Source of the DNA: Tubiluchus corallicola
Taxonomy: Eukaryota > Animalia > Priapulida
Direction of reading: 5' to 3'
NCBI GenBank assembly: GCA_030141605.1
Contig: JAQGDQ010002386.1
Location: forward strand, 124,001 to 188,000
Length of the DNA: 64,000 nt
Below are positions 13,601-28,100 of this stretch, in pieces. The notes under the pieces were generated by a model. It was not told the origin of the DNA. It searched no databases and saw only the letters and a list, made by a program, of their open reading frames with translations. Position 1 is the first letter of the stretch. Every line of letters begins with the position of its first letter. A program made the position numbers and the translations under genes.

Positions 13601-16600
13601 GGATAAAGACTTGAAAGGGGTTATGACATGTGGCGACTTCAGTAATGAATGTTATATTAATTATAAAAAAACAGAATCTTGATGTATGAACAGAATTGAA
13701 AGATGTTTATGAAATTTTAGCAAGATCTAGAAAGTTTTATTAAATTGTAAGGGCTTTTTATAGTTATTAAGTAATTTGCAGCTAATAAATTTGTGTCTAA
13801 CAGTGGTAATTTTTGTTAGGAGTTGGACATACCAATCAGTAAAGCCAGTTTCTTGAAAAGTAATAGACATACTAACATAGCCACTCGCTTCTAAAACTAT
13901 ATATTATGTGTAAAGCTTCAATAGATATTATCACACCACTTTCAATTTCGGCTCTCTAAATGTACTTGGAGATAAAATTTTTTATCTCTACCACGCGCTA
14001 CCAAAATCTCAGCTTTTGCCAAAAAAAAAAACAAACACTGCTGTGCCAAGTAGATACTGTAACTGTGGCTGAAAAGTTTTTGATTAAATTTCTGATTAAA
14101 AAATAGGCACCCAGCTTGTGAAGCAATACGTATGCGTATATATATATATATTGTAACAAATTTTGTGTATATATACTGCTGTTGCTATTGCCGCTGCTGC
14201 CACCACTACTATTAGCATGACAACGTATGTATTACACATACAGTATGTATGCAATATATCTTTGAGTTGTGAAGATTTCACAAATTTATTTGTTTTCATT
14301 TGAAATTAACCAAAGTTCTCAAGAGGTCTTTATTAATTTTATCATTAAGTTTTTTGGAGAAAACCTGGGATGAAAACATGACAAAAACGATGAATTTAAA
14401 TAAATTGAAAAAATGACTAATACCTTTCTGCTGGTTGATTGGCATTGTATTACTTGCTTCTTATTTTGATCATTCTACTTGGTTTGTTGGTAATCATTTG
14501 AGGTCTGTCATATTCTAATAATAATTCTACCATCATACTGTTTAGGATGCTTTCTTGTGTACTTGATGAAACTGATAAGAATTTCCACAGGTGTTTAACT
14601 AGATGATTGATTTACACATAACAACAGCTTTGAGCCAAATTACAAAATTACCTTGTGAATAGTGGGTTTGGAAACATCTCCATGTCTATTAGGTTTTGCT
14701 ATTTATGTCAGTTGTAGAATAGCTCTGCGTATCACTGGCTAGCCAAAAGGACTGTTGCTTCCTGGGTCGAAATGAAGTATTGCTTGTGAGTACCATTTAT
14801 GTTAGTAAGAATTTGTTGTCTGAAACAGCATCCACAGCAGTCGCAGATCTATTCAATAACCTGCCTCGACATTGCACAATTTGATTGATAAGCACTTAGC
14901 AAGTATGAAGTACACACTTTTTGATTGTATTTTTTCTTTTTTGTCTTAAAATTGAATGTATTTTAAGTGAGTTCAAACTGGTAATGGTCTAATATACTGT
15001 TTGCTCTATAAAAACACATCTATAGCCACAATGTTTACTCATATTGTGTATGAAAAAACTATATGTGCAAACCCAAAATTATTCACCGAGCTTTCAGTTT
15101 TCATTATTCTGCTTAGTGATAGTGAAATTCTAGTGGATTCTCTATATTCCTTTTAGACTTTCAATTCCCTTATGAGGGATATTAAATGAGGGTGTTAAAC
15201 CGTAAGATTTGTTTCATAATTTATTGCATGATTAAACAAAGCTTGATTGTTGTTTTTCTTCATTATTAGCAATAGATAATACAAAACTCGGTTAAGAGTT
15301 AATCTGGATTTAGTGCTCAATCGCTCGTAATAAATGTTATATTTATTGTCAGATGTGATCAAAAGTTGGTAATATAATTTTCAACTGTAGCTCAGGTTGC
15401 TAAGCCTTTCTTACATTTCCTAGTTGTGTAGCTATATAACCTAGTTTCGTTGTTGTCCGGTCATTGATTTTTTATATACAAGCATCAATAAAACTAACCT
15501 AGTCTGATCACTATCGATGTATCAATTATGGCCGTTCATAAATGCTGTAAAGGGCAATATCCTTTGTGCACGGGAGACATGATTGGGGGGTAATTACGCT
15601 CGTAGAAACAGCTGACATGGTGTTAGTGATCCCATAATTACCCGTTTGCATTCTTCACTGGGTAAAACATTGATAAGTTTAGGTGAACCTTGTTATTTTC
15701 GCCTTCCAATCTTAAGCTTGGACAAGCGGCGACATTTTGCAAAAAGTCTAAATTTGTTGTGTTAGAAGGCCATCAAAAACAAGAAATTTTGATGATCATA
15801 TCTATATCTGCGCGTGAGATAGATTTCAGAATTTTGTTGTTTACTTACAAAGATTTCAAGTCCTCCTACAGTTACTTGTACAGTAGTTTGCGCTATATTG
15901 TGTTCATGTTACCGTTAATTTTGATTAACATTGGTTAAGTACTAAGTACAGATTTACCAAAACGCAGATGAGTGTCTCGGGGAGAGAGAAAAGATAGGTA
16001 ATGAGCATGATAAAGGTGGGAGGGAGAGAGTGGGGACGGGTGATTTTGTAAAAATGTGCAGTTATTTCGTCGTAGTAGTTCAATGTCTAATTGTTTTAAT
16101 TAATTAAGGATCTTTCGTGTTTTTCTTCAGACGTTTTTCACATAAAATACAGTCCTTTATTAATCCTAGTACTAACCTTGTTGTTTCGGGCAGTTTATGT
16201 AAAAAATGGACATCTAGCTGGAGGCTTTGTTAATTATTTTCTCTTTTGTCTTGTTTATTCTGACAGTTAGTTTATAATTATTAGTCGCTTTTAACTGCTC
16301 TGTAATTAGTAATGTTGGGGATTGTATTTTAACTCAATATTGTTTACAAGTGGAGCTGTGTGTCCAATGCAAAACTGATGCGACTCATGTGGTACCTATC
16401 TGAGAGTACCACGACTTGCTGGAATTGGAGGTACTTTTGTTGGTTGGGTTGTTGAAACGTGCATTTCATTGCTTTTTTGGTCTAAGTTTCACGTTTTGCA
16501 TACATCTGCTAAACTTGTAAGTACCAAAAGTGTGATAGACTTTTTAATAGAGTAATGTTGGTGACTTTTAATGGTGTATCGAGGTCAAAGGTCATTTGTG

Positions 16601-17836
16601 AATTTAAAACTGTGGGGTATTAGGCCACCAAAAGTTGAGTAGCTTTAGTGCTACAGAGAAGACAGATTATACTGTATACTTTATGATCTTGAATAGCTTG
16701 TTTGAGTTAAGTCAGTTAAATGCCGAATGAACACAAATCAGACTTTTTCATCCACAGGATCAGCCAAAGCCACAGTACTAGGGTTAGGTCCGCTGTGTGG
16801 TGTGATTCAAGACCATCTTGCTTTTGTGCGATATCTATCTATGAAAATACCTCGGCATTACCTTTCATTTGATGTATTACAAGCTACTATTCAACAGAAT
16901 GTGTGAGCATTTTGTCTGTTTGGCTCCTCAATTTCACTCCTAGCGATGTTCTGTGTCAACCAATCTGGTCGCAGCTCATATTATTGAATCCATGGCATGA
17001 TTGTCATTGAGGCCTTTCATTTGATACATTACGACCTACTGTTTTCCCGCACTCAGCCGTTCACTAGATTTCAACCTCCTAGCCACATAACCAAAAATTG
17101 TAAGAGGAGACCCAGCCTAAAGAGATTATAGGAAACCCACTGCGTGACCTTTGACCCAGGTGACTGGTCATATACAGACATAAATCCCCCTGTCTGGCGA
17201 TTGCGCTCTGAGAGCTTCGTGAGCCTTGCCCTCTATGTTTGCGAGTTATTAAAAGAAACACAAAGGCCGAAGAGTAAATAAGCAAAAAACGTGGTAGGCC
17301 GAAGAGTAGATAAGCAAAAAAACGGGGTAAGTCAACAAATTAAAGTACTTTAAGTAATGCATGATATCACAAGCTGAAGTGTTTCACCTGAGATTCCTGC
17401 AATATCCCTTTCATCATGCCGTCTAACTAATTGCAGCTTTAATTATTAACATTGCAATGGGAAACTCATTAATTAGTAATCAAGGTTTGTTAACTGAACA
17501 ACGCCTAATTGATGTGCAATTGCTAAACAATTGTTGTGTTGCTCACACCTACGAGGGTTATTAATTACGTGACAGGCTTTAGGTTGAGAGAGAGGCTATG
17601 TATCTAGCCCTGAGAAACCATAATAGATTATTAGCTCAACGTTCGGCGCGAGGTAGGCTTTTATAGTGGTTATCTTTGATTAATATTTCTGGCTTAGTAC
17701 TAGCGGTTTACTGTGTTTTCACTTCGCGTTGATTTATTTTCAGTGAATAAAATTCCAGACCATCCAGCTGATTAGTTATTGCCGGTTTTAATAATGTTTA
17801 AACCTTCTAATGACTACCACATAAATTAAAACTTAA

Positions 17837-18413
17837 AGGAAAGCCAGAACTCATCTTAAACTATAGCTCAAAACAATCTACCCTATAATAATAATATTGA
17901 AAGGAAACATACTATTTCTTTCAATACTGATTTACGCAAAAGAATTATTACTACAGAAACGTAATTTCGCATTCGCGCTGTTAGTTCTTCGTTGTTACTG
18001 CTGTTACATGCATTTCGCAATTCGCTAATTACATCGGAAGAGCGCCTCTCAGTTCAAATGTGTTCAATTTTGACGTAGTGCAGACGTCCGAGAGCTACTG
18101 GCAAACTAGAAATTTGAATTTAAAACTTAAAATTTGCTGAGTTTTTGTGTATCACGCTGAATGTTGTACAGTAACACTGTACTTCAATTTTCGCTTTCGC
18201 AAACAGGTGCACCACGCTCGTGAAATGTTTTTGTGCTGTTGAAAATTATGTTCAGTTGTGATGTCATCACTAGTTAGGCTCGCTTGTCGTTAATTAGGTT
18301 ATAGTCTATTATTTAAGTACCAGAAATACTTTGGTAGTGCTATAGGTCTTAAAATGTGTACTTTTACCGTACCTCAAAATGGGGTAGGATATATAAATTC
18401 ACACAGTTTTTCT
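17837..18413. mobile_element. Kolobok-like non-autonomous DNA transposon, copy 1
   Basis: TTAA|aggaaa...ttttct|TTAA ends; collinear similarity to 40029-40610 (e.g. tgtgatgtcatcactagtt.ggctcg). Confidence 0.55.
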
Positions 18414-21400
18414 TTAAATGTAAACTTTTGTGGACCATTTGTGGTATTGGACTCTGGTTTTTTTATTTATCTATGCGTTTTCAAATCATGCAGTAATTTT
18501 TCTCAAATCGAGTTGTACCGATTTTGAACTCATTGCCTGCATATGTTGATCGTAACTGCACAAAATATTAAGTTATTTAAAAGCCGCTTATATAAATTTA
18601 AATAAATAAAGTTACCTTACATAAATTCCTTGTCCTCAATAGACACATGCTAGCAGTTAATCTCTTTGTGTCTTTACCACACTCTTGTAAATATTTTATT
18701 TGTATGTTTTTCCAACGTGTTTTATATATATTGTTTTTATTATAGACTGTATTTTACTATTGGGTGTGAATAAAATAAAATAAATAAATAAGATACCAAA
18801 CGCAGAGGTCGGTTAGCTGTCTGTAGGTTCTGAGCTACGTCTCTTTATTTTGATACTTTCTAAATCTGTGTATTCAATATGCTTGCGGCTACAACGTTTT
18901 GCTACAAGTATGCATTCACCCGCTTTATGTTCTGCCGTTTCTACTCGTCCTTGTACGGAAACGGTTGTTCACATTGAAATAGAATCACCAAAGTTGTATA
19001 TGAAATTAAGCTTCTCTTGTACATTAAAAACTGAAATTTTTCTACAGCACTATCTTCTTGTGACTTTGCATGATTTTCTGCGTTTTGGATCGACCTCTTT
19101 TACGATGTCCTTTGCATTATTTGTAGGCGCGCTACGTCAGTAGAAGTTTGAGGAAAGTAGTTGAGAACCGTGATTATTTAGAATGTATAGTAACCACACA
19201 TGTTACACTGACACACAGCCGTAGTTCATTGTATTGTTTTCTCAGTAGCAGTTGCTCAAATTTTCATGTTAAACCAGGAGTCTCACCTGCATGGTTTTAG
19301 GAACGTAATGATCTTAAGTGTGTAAGATTTTCTTATTAATTGTAAATATTTACTTGAAATTTTATTTGTTTCTTCCTCTGAGTAGATGAGTGAATTGCAA
19401 TAAATTTATTTAATTTATTGTGTGTAGATGTTTGGTTTATAGGTCCTAGATATTTTAGTGTTTTGCCGTAACCGTAATATAGGCCGCTTAGCGGTGAAGG
19501 CCTACACTAACAGGTGTGAATTGTCGTTATTATAAACAAAGGATTCGCCACTGTCAACGAGACGTAAATATTGTCTTGTTTACCACATTGCTCACGTATC
19601 TACAAAGTACAAATACTAGCGAAAGAGCGCTTGATTTGTTGTTTCTAATTTACCTGCGTCCTGCAGCAAAGACTGGCTCACAGGTTTGAGAATGTTTATT
19701 CAGATTATTTCCTTAGCTTATTGGCTGATATGTATTATCAAGCTCAAAATTGAATGGTATACATAATAAGCTTATAAATTTAATTGCAATCGTCCATTTA
19801 TAATAATTAATAGGTTGCTTGATGAGTGAAACTCAATGGTAAATGAAAAGCAACAGACCTGCGCTTTTTTACTGTACAATCACCGTCTTCTTTTAAGTGA
19901 GAATTTCGCCAGTTTCCGCTTGATTTCTTCAGTTTTGTTTTCATCTTTAAGCCATTCGGTTTACTTTTGAACAAAATAAAGGGGTTAACCCTGCGTTTGT
20001 TTGCTTTTCCCATGTTTACATTATTGTGCAGTGTTTACTTTTCGCTCATCTCATTACCGCTATCTCTGTAAAACTTTTTCAATTTTTCATATCGTCCGTA
20101 CAGTCATTGTAACCATGTGAAGTGAATTAAACTTGAACGTGTACAATGAAACTGAAAATTTCTGAACATTTGAACCGTCCCTTGAGTTTATTCTGTGCTG
20201 CTGTGAAGCATATTCTGTTGATGATGGCAGAAGGTGCCTAGAAACAACAAGATTTTTTTAAAAAAATTAAACATTGGCAATGGTTTATCCTGATACTTCA
20301 TTAATCCGGCGTTACATTTTTAATCCCGCCTGATTGTTTCATATTATGTTCTGTTCGAATAATTGCTCTTTGGAGAACTTGTGTCATATGGGGACAGTCG
20401 ACTTGCTGTGTCAGCGTAAAACCGAAAGTAACAAAATATTTTCCATGAACCAATCATTTCAAACAAAAACAAGTTTTATGACTTATCACCAAAACGCCAA
20501 CACATTTGTTAACGTGCTCACTTGGATGATTCCTTGCTCAGTCTGATCCAGTGTTTGTTCCTCTTAATCTTAGCAATTTGTAAGCATCCATTCTGCTAAA
20601 AATTCTAACTGAGGTTCGAACAAACTGAGGGGTAATCTCCGGTAATTTCAAGTCTGTAAGTTGTCGCAGCCGGTATATGTTGTTATAAAAATTGAATGAT
20701 ATTAGAGACAGGTTAAGAGAAAAGAATTCACGAGCTCTTCTAATACTTTGGTTCTCCTCAAGCATCAAAGAATTTTCTTTAGTTTTGAGCAAAAACTAAA
20801 ACCATGGCCAATTTTATCAATACTTTACATCGCATGCGTGAGCATTTTTGATAAGTTAGTGATTAGAAACCAGTGGCAGTTGTGCGCAGTTTTTGTATTC
20901 ATTTACTCAAAGCATATCGGAGCGCTTGAAGCGCCATTATTAATGAATATTGATGCTGTAAGTTAACATGATTGTTTCGTATGAAAGGTCCAGGTGCTAC
21001 TTGGAGTAAGCCAAGGTCATTTTTCTTACAATCTTGACAAGATCATAAGATGGGCACATTTACTTTGACGCCTAATAAAACTCATTCTATATTTGTCTGA
21101 GAAATTTTACTATCCTTTCATTCTTTTCGCTTTTCATTCCTGGTCTAGGCCTTGGATAAACTTATTGTGAAAATGCAGTTAAACTCTTGCTAAAAGATTA
21201 AAAAATTCTTTTGCAAAACGTCTCTTGTATCTATTGCACATCAGAAACGATTCTGTTAAACTCAAACCATGTCGAATTGACGATGTTTAATATTTTATTC
21301 TGTGGTATTTGTAAAGTTTTCGAATGCTCCTTTATGATGGCTGCTAGCTTGCATTTTGCTGAAAAGTGTTTTAATTTGACATAAATTTTCACGGACATGA

Positions 21401-24129
21401 GTCTTGTGTGTGAGTCTTTGAGCCAGTGAATAACTCGGTGAGTCAGTCGGCAAGTGAACATAAAACTGCAAGGGCTCACATTAACAGCAAACACTAGGTC
21501 CTTATGGTCCAGCATCACCTTATCTGTGTGTCTCAAAAGTAATGTGTACAAGTGAGTAATTAGCACCGATTAACTCACTGAGCATTAATCTAAAAAGTGA
21601 GTAACTCAGTGAGTCAATCAGTTAGTGGACACAAAACTTCAAGAGGCTCACTACACTAATGTAAACGGGTGAGTGGCTCAGTGAGTCAGTTTCTTTGTGG
21701 CATCATAAAAGCCATGAAATTCATTCTAAATTGAATGTTCAGCAAGAGGTTCACAACACGTCTCCTTTATCGAGCGGTCGTTTCTTGTAAATAATGGACT
21801 TTACATATACTGATTAACAATGAAGGTTTTTACAAGATTTAGTGTTGGCTTTACTAAGTAAGTTCTAGCAGGAGACTGGTTTATTGTTTCAAACCCTGTT
21901 CATTACCGTGTTGGCCAACATGCTGCTGTTGAAAAGATGAAAACGGTCAACCTTTCAACCGAATCAAGTTAGGGAATTCTCTTTGATGATCTGCAATGCA
22001 ACAGTTGACCTCGTGGTACAGTGAAATTATTACGAAGAGAAACATAAGGCAAAGCGTAAATATTTTAATATTCTTCATGTGATCTTTTTGACTTTTCTCT
22101 CATTTTTCTGCACCTGTAATCACTCCACACCTGTCTATAGGTAACACTAGCTGAAAGACATCAACCAAGAACAAATTGAATTGCTTTATCAAATACTTGT
22201 TGAAAGTCAAGAGGTGTTTGATTCAAAGATTTTCTATAGACGTTAAAGAATGAGTTTTCCTTGAGACGGTATTACAGTTCATTCAAAGTAAAATCCACAG
22301 TTGAACATTACTAGGTGTTATTCAAAGTTTAATTGATCGATAACTCTAGATTCTAAAGATTCTTACAGCTTGTAAACGCCTATTGCTTATAATCATATGT
22401 AAAACAAGGTGTGGCACAAAAACTAATCACACCCCTCCAATCATATCCACCCTTGTTTTGCGGGTGCACAGATGTGCCACCAGCTGTGGTCGATAATGAA
22501 GATGGACTGATAAATCTGGTGCTCAAAAATAGATGATTTGATGGATAAGAGAATGTCAAACTAGATTAAATTGGACACGCAACAAGTCAGAGTTTTTAGA
22601 TTTGTGCACTTGCAGTATATAAAAACTGAGCAACTGGTGTTTCTTTCAACAAGTTATGTTTTGCTATATTACAGAATTATGTTTATTTTATTCTTAGCGT
22701 TTATTGATCTGATATGTTTATTTTGCAGATGCTAAAACTGTGCACAGCATTACTAAGTTTTAACTGCTAGGTGGATTTATTTGTTATTTTCTTTCCGTAA
22801 TTGCAAAATATTTTTCGAATTTTTGATGTTATTTTATTCTGCAGTATAAAAATAAGATAAACTGCTATTTCTTTGATGTTTTCTACCAGTCTGGCTTGTC
22901 GGAATTAAGAAAAAGTTATGTAATATGGCAAAATAAGACGTGATTTATTTCGTAATATTCCAGTTTTTCTAAAAAAAAAGTTAATTATAACAATGTGGTT
23001 GAATTATCCGAGCAATTTTTATAGAATTCAGCATTAGCATACACGTTTTACATCTTTTTATGGCAGAAAGCTGGTGTATGTTACCTGATTTTAACATTCT
23101 CTTATGTAATATCTATGCGCATCTATGAAATACGTTGTTATTTTTGTACGTTTAATGGAAACTTTGGCATTATACGTAAATACCAGTTATAAAATAAAGT
23201 TTACGTGTTTCCAGGGCGAGCACGATCTTTGTTTTGAACATGTTTTTCCAAAGTTTGTTTCGGGTCGTCCAATGACTACATTTACAAGATTTAGAACACG
23301 AATTTTTTAATGAGTTATTCTTTGTCCCTTTGTATCAACGTGGCTACAAAGCTGCATATGTTCTTTGGTTTCCACATGTCATTAGAATAATGTGCTCTTC
23401 GCCCTTGCCACGTATTGGGCTGAATTTCGTCAATTGCTGTCAACATTTTTATCTTCGCCATCTGACTTTTTTCTCCTAACTTTAGAGTTGTAGAGTTATT
23501 TTCACATCTGATTGAAACTGTATAGTAAGAGTTGCTGTGATTCGTCTAAACGTTTTTATAAACGACTGCACAGTCAAAGCATCACATCATTTTTGTATAC
23601 AGTTATTTTTTTGCTAACTTTTCATCTTATCATGCGTGCTACTGCATGTCTACTCGTGTGCATTACCTGTGAAAGCTTTTCATTTTACTCCTTGATAATG
23701 TACAGATAGCCATGCACCTGGTTACACACCTGTCCCACAGGATTTTGAATGGCAGACCACCTCTGTCTGGTTTGACTATAAGAATAATGTGCCACTCTGA
23801 CACTATTGCAAGCTTTTGAGTATTTAGGTTCAAGACTTTCTTATGCTGATATTCAGAATGTTTTTTACACAGTATTAAATTGAGGTTATTCTAAATCGTA
23901 TGTGTTTTACATTGTTAGATTATTAAATCTATATATTTATAATCATAAAATTTAGATTTCAAACTAGTTGACAATGTTTCTGATGTGGTCAGAAACTGAA
24001 GATTTTGCAAACAATACAGTCAGTAGTTACAGAATTGGGCATTGAAAAGACACCAGCCTCTTCTTTTAAAGTTCTAACATTATTTTATTGAATTCAGTTT
24101 GCTTGAATGCATAGGAACTGCACTTCATA

Positions 24130-24935
24130 ATGAAATGGCAACTTGTAACATTTTAACCTGTGACCCAGGAGTCAGAGGTCCACCAATTTTGGCATAACTG
24201 ATACCATTCAGTTTATCTCTTTGAGACATTTCATTTGATATACTACATCATACTATTCCTAGACACCCAATGTATTCCTGTTCCTGACCCCCATTTTTCA
24301 GTTTTTGCCTCCTAGCGGAAAATTTCCCATCCCTCTAAGTGCCCCATATTCTGCCATACCCAGGAACTTGGCAACACCTAACCATATACCAGATATTATG
24401 GCCCCAGCTCAAAAACTGTCGGAGAAGATAGATCCTAAAGAAAAATAAATGAAGACCCACCCGCTCCATGACCTTTGACCCAGCAACTCCGGTCACATGT
24501 ATACATAGTTCCCTTTGCCCAGAGAGTGTACCCTGTGAATTTGGTGTTCCTGCCCCTAAGCATGTAAAAGGACACCAAATGGCAGCCCCAAATTTTGCAT
24601 TGTGGCCCTTCCCTCGGGCGTTTATAGCTTGTCAGCTTTTTGAAACCCCAGTTCCATATCTACCCCACAGTACCCAAATACTTGTGAAAAAGAATTGCAA
24701 AAAACCGAAAGCCCTAAGAGGAATTATGTCTTAAAGGAAAAACTGACCGATGCCTACTGCCCTTTCCCCTTGACCAAAGGTCAGTGGTTCCCTGCCCAGA
24801 GCTACCAAACCTGTGAGTTTGGTGACCCTATCTAACAAAGGTTTAAGAGTTGTTAAGCATTTAAGTTGCAGAGAATAAATAAGAATAAATAACTCAATGA
24901 AAATCAGTAAGATTTTGCTATAGCTAAATCTTAAT
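24130..24935. repeat. Interspersed repeat rich in tgacc(t)ttgacc motifs
   Basis: Shares tgacctttgacc and tttcatttgata motifs with 16570-17170; non-coding. Confidence 0.4.
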
Positions 24936-25100
24936 AATTATCAGGAACCAATAAAAGCTCAAAATTGATTACAAAAAATAATTAGTTATTTTTTAAATTA
25001 TTTATTATTATTTATATAATTTAAAAATAACTAGTCCAGCAAAACTAATACTTACGAAAGTTGGATTGACTGGTGAGCTATTAACAAGTTTAAGGCGCAC

Positions 25101-25153
25101 CTTGATCACAAGTTAATCATCTTGATCACAAGTTGATCACCTTAATCACAAGT
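25101..25153. repeat. Short ~20-bp tandem repeat (2-3 copies)
   Basis: cttgatcacaagttaatcat / cttgatcacaagttgatcac / cttaatcacaagt. Confidence 0.7.
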
Positions 25154-28100
25154 CTAGATGTTCTAATGGTCACTGCATTCGACTTATAATCTGAAGGTCC
25201 CTGTTTCAATCCTGACTATTTTGCATTACCTTTCGGATAAGTTTGTTTTCAAAAATGTAATAAAGCTGTATAGGTTCATTTTATCATTGTGGATTCTCGT
25301 ATACTGACACAGTTTGCAGTTTTATGTGCATAGTGTGCGCTAAACATTTTACATAGACGCTCAAATAAATTTGATTTATCCACCTATTAAAGAAAATTAA
25401 CGAACTAAGTAACAGCACTGTCTCTTAGTTTCTTTAAAGTTTTTAAATCATTGATTTCTATGTAGTGCAATAGTTCAGTTACAAAGCATCTTTCCCTGAC
25501 TGACTATATTTTTTATTACCACTTTTACTCCAATTTGTCTGTTTCTGTACTTCTTTACAGAACAGGAACGTCTTTGTTAATTTTTCTTCTCCAGTTTTCT
25601 TATTGGTTTTTCTTCCGTCTGAAATCGAGTTTGTGTATTTGTCTATTCATTGCCTTCCTCGGGCGGATGAATACAATCACTGTCCATCTCATAACAACCG
25701 AACTTATTGTCTAGGGAAGACTTATCTGGTCTTAATAAAACTTGATCATTTTTGTAAACATTCGATGTGTTTAGACTTGTAGAACACACAATCTTTACCA
25801 GAACCTAAGAACTGCACTTAGCTGTGCGCTATTAATTATTGTTTCTGTGAAGTAGCTGATATATTTGAAATACCATGGTACTACTAATAGACCTGTTAAC
25901 ATAAAAGTACATCAATAATCACTCTGCTATGGAGCCTGTAAAAGGTCGATCAGGAAAATGTGTTAATAATAATTGCCATTATTGTACATAATTGTTGTAG
26001 ATATTACAGGTTTATTGTTAAAAGAGTGAGTCTTCTGGTATCTCCAATGAGAAAACTTAAACAGATAATTAAGGTATCTGGTTCAATGATAATTAGATAA
26101 ACATTGCTCTGCTATGAGAATAAATCCAATTTGTTGAAGTATAATAAGAAACTGTCAAGTGTTATTAATGGTGTGACTAGTCAGTTGAAGTAGGACTTTT
26201 CTTGTACGAATCAACGTTAAAAACTTTTAAAAGGGATTGTGCGTAGTCATATAAGAGAATCTCAGACCTTTTGCTTACTTTTTAAAAATATAGCTTCCTT
26301 ACTATTTTCCAGGAAATTGCAGTCTGGTGAAGCAAAAAGCTCCGCTTTTGATTGTCGATCTTGATTGGCACCACGCACTTGAAAAATCATCATTCAATTT
26401 AAGACAGCCACCCACATTGTTAAAACGGGTCACTAAACATGAAGGGTACAAGAGTTTATTTTTACTTTTAATCACCTGTTTTCCAGTTTGTAATAAGCAC
26501 TACACTGAAACCTGCAATAGAATTAAAACGTTTATTAGGTGACAGTGCAGAAAAAAATTCATGGAAGGTTAGTATTTATCTACAAAACAATTTACCTGGT
26601 AGCTGTATATCCTGATTAAACCCGCGTTTACAGTTAATTCGTCGTGTGAGAATTCCTTAAAGCTAAAATTTATATTTGTATCGTCTATATGTAGCTTTAT
26701 ATCCAGAAATAAAAAGTAATGGAATGAGGAATTTTACACAAATACTTGTATCTAGAATGCTAGAGGGTTTCATTATCTACTCAAATAAAATATTAATTAA
26801 ATTTATAGCGTTTCATCATAGAGGATTATCCTCGATAATGAACTGTGTTACAGTCCTTCCACAACCATCTTTTAAATAGGTCTTTCCTTTAATTCTGGAT
26901 CCCGGCATGCATAAAAAGGTACACTTAACTGTTTGCCATTGTACAAATTAGTAAATTACAGTCACATTAGAATTAAATTGACAATGTTAAGAGACTTGGG
27001 AAGTCTTCCCTATTGCATTACATTGCCGTTAGCGCGTTTAGATTGACACTGGATAAGTGCACGTTTAATGAGTTCACATTCTTTGACCAGTTTCTAAAGG
27101 AGGACCACCTTGCATGAAAACCCACTCCGTCATCATCTTTGCGTCTCCTGCCGCCCACAGTTCTACATTCCTGCATGAAACGTGTGATAATAAATTACCT
27201 CTCAGCACATCACGTATAGTTGTTGCAGTAAAGATATAAATTTTATAGTTTTAATAACAATGACAACATCATGTTACATCAGCAACAACAACAACAATCT
27301 TTATGCATTTATTTCAACAGATAACATGTCTGTTACACTTAAGGCTTTTATCACTCACACACAGAAAATAAAACCTTATTAACCCTTACTAATCCTTTTA
27401 TGCTTATTAACATACACTAGACAGGGCAACAGCAAGTATAACTTTTAAAATTCGTTGATTTGATTAGCTGCAGTATCGAACCCACAACCTTCCAGCTGGA
27501 AAACATGCACATTTCTACTAGATTTAACTTTTACCTAACCAACATTTCAGCTTCCTCCTTGATTATCCAACTTGTTGGTGCCAGAACTTAGTCCACTCAC
27601 CGCAGGTGTGGGCCATTTGAAGTCATATACCCAGGCCCTGAATAACGCTTTTGATTAAATACATTTTAGCCACAAGTACAACACGTAACAAACCTTTTTA
27701 TTATTATGTAGAACGTATTTCAGACTACAGTAATCATGTTCTGCTGGTTTGACACTTTACTGGTTACAAATAGTATTGAAATTTTAGTTGCAACTGCAAG
27801 TACATCGAGGTTACCAGTCTTGGGCACTCATGTGATGATTTTTAAATGATTGATTTTTTAATAACACGAGTATTATATTGTTTTGCTATGTGATACAGAG
27901 CTATATATTTTATATAAAATGATAAACAAAGTCGGTGCCACCAGTCACTTCAAAGAAGTTCAATAAACGTCTGTAAAACTGCTTAATGTTTAAATACTAC
28001 TTATTTTAAGTTTTTCCATGAAGTAGCTGTAATCGAAAGCAGTTTTGTGATACCTGGCGACACCTGGCTCAAATCCAGGCAGTATCAAACTTTTTATGTA

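Noticed and set aside
17263-17330. ~33-bp direct repeat that could look CRISPR-like
   Set aside because: Two adjacent copies with no spacer, eukaryotic context and no cas genes.
19800-20800. Short minus-strand ORFs possibly from a decayed transposase
   Set aside because: No family motif recognised; a translated search would be needed.
25150-25220. tRNA-like segments here and at ~27465-27520 and ~28020-28085
   Set aside because: Only A/B-box-like remnants with no pairing cloverleaf; probably SINE heads, not tRNA genes.
27105-27175. Exon-like minus-strand segment (ECRTVGGRRRKDDDGVGFHA)
   Set aside because: Weak donor, no partner exons and no recognisable homology.
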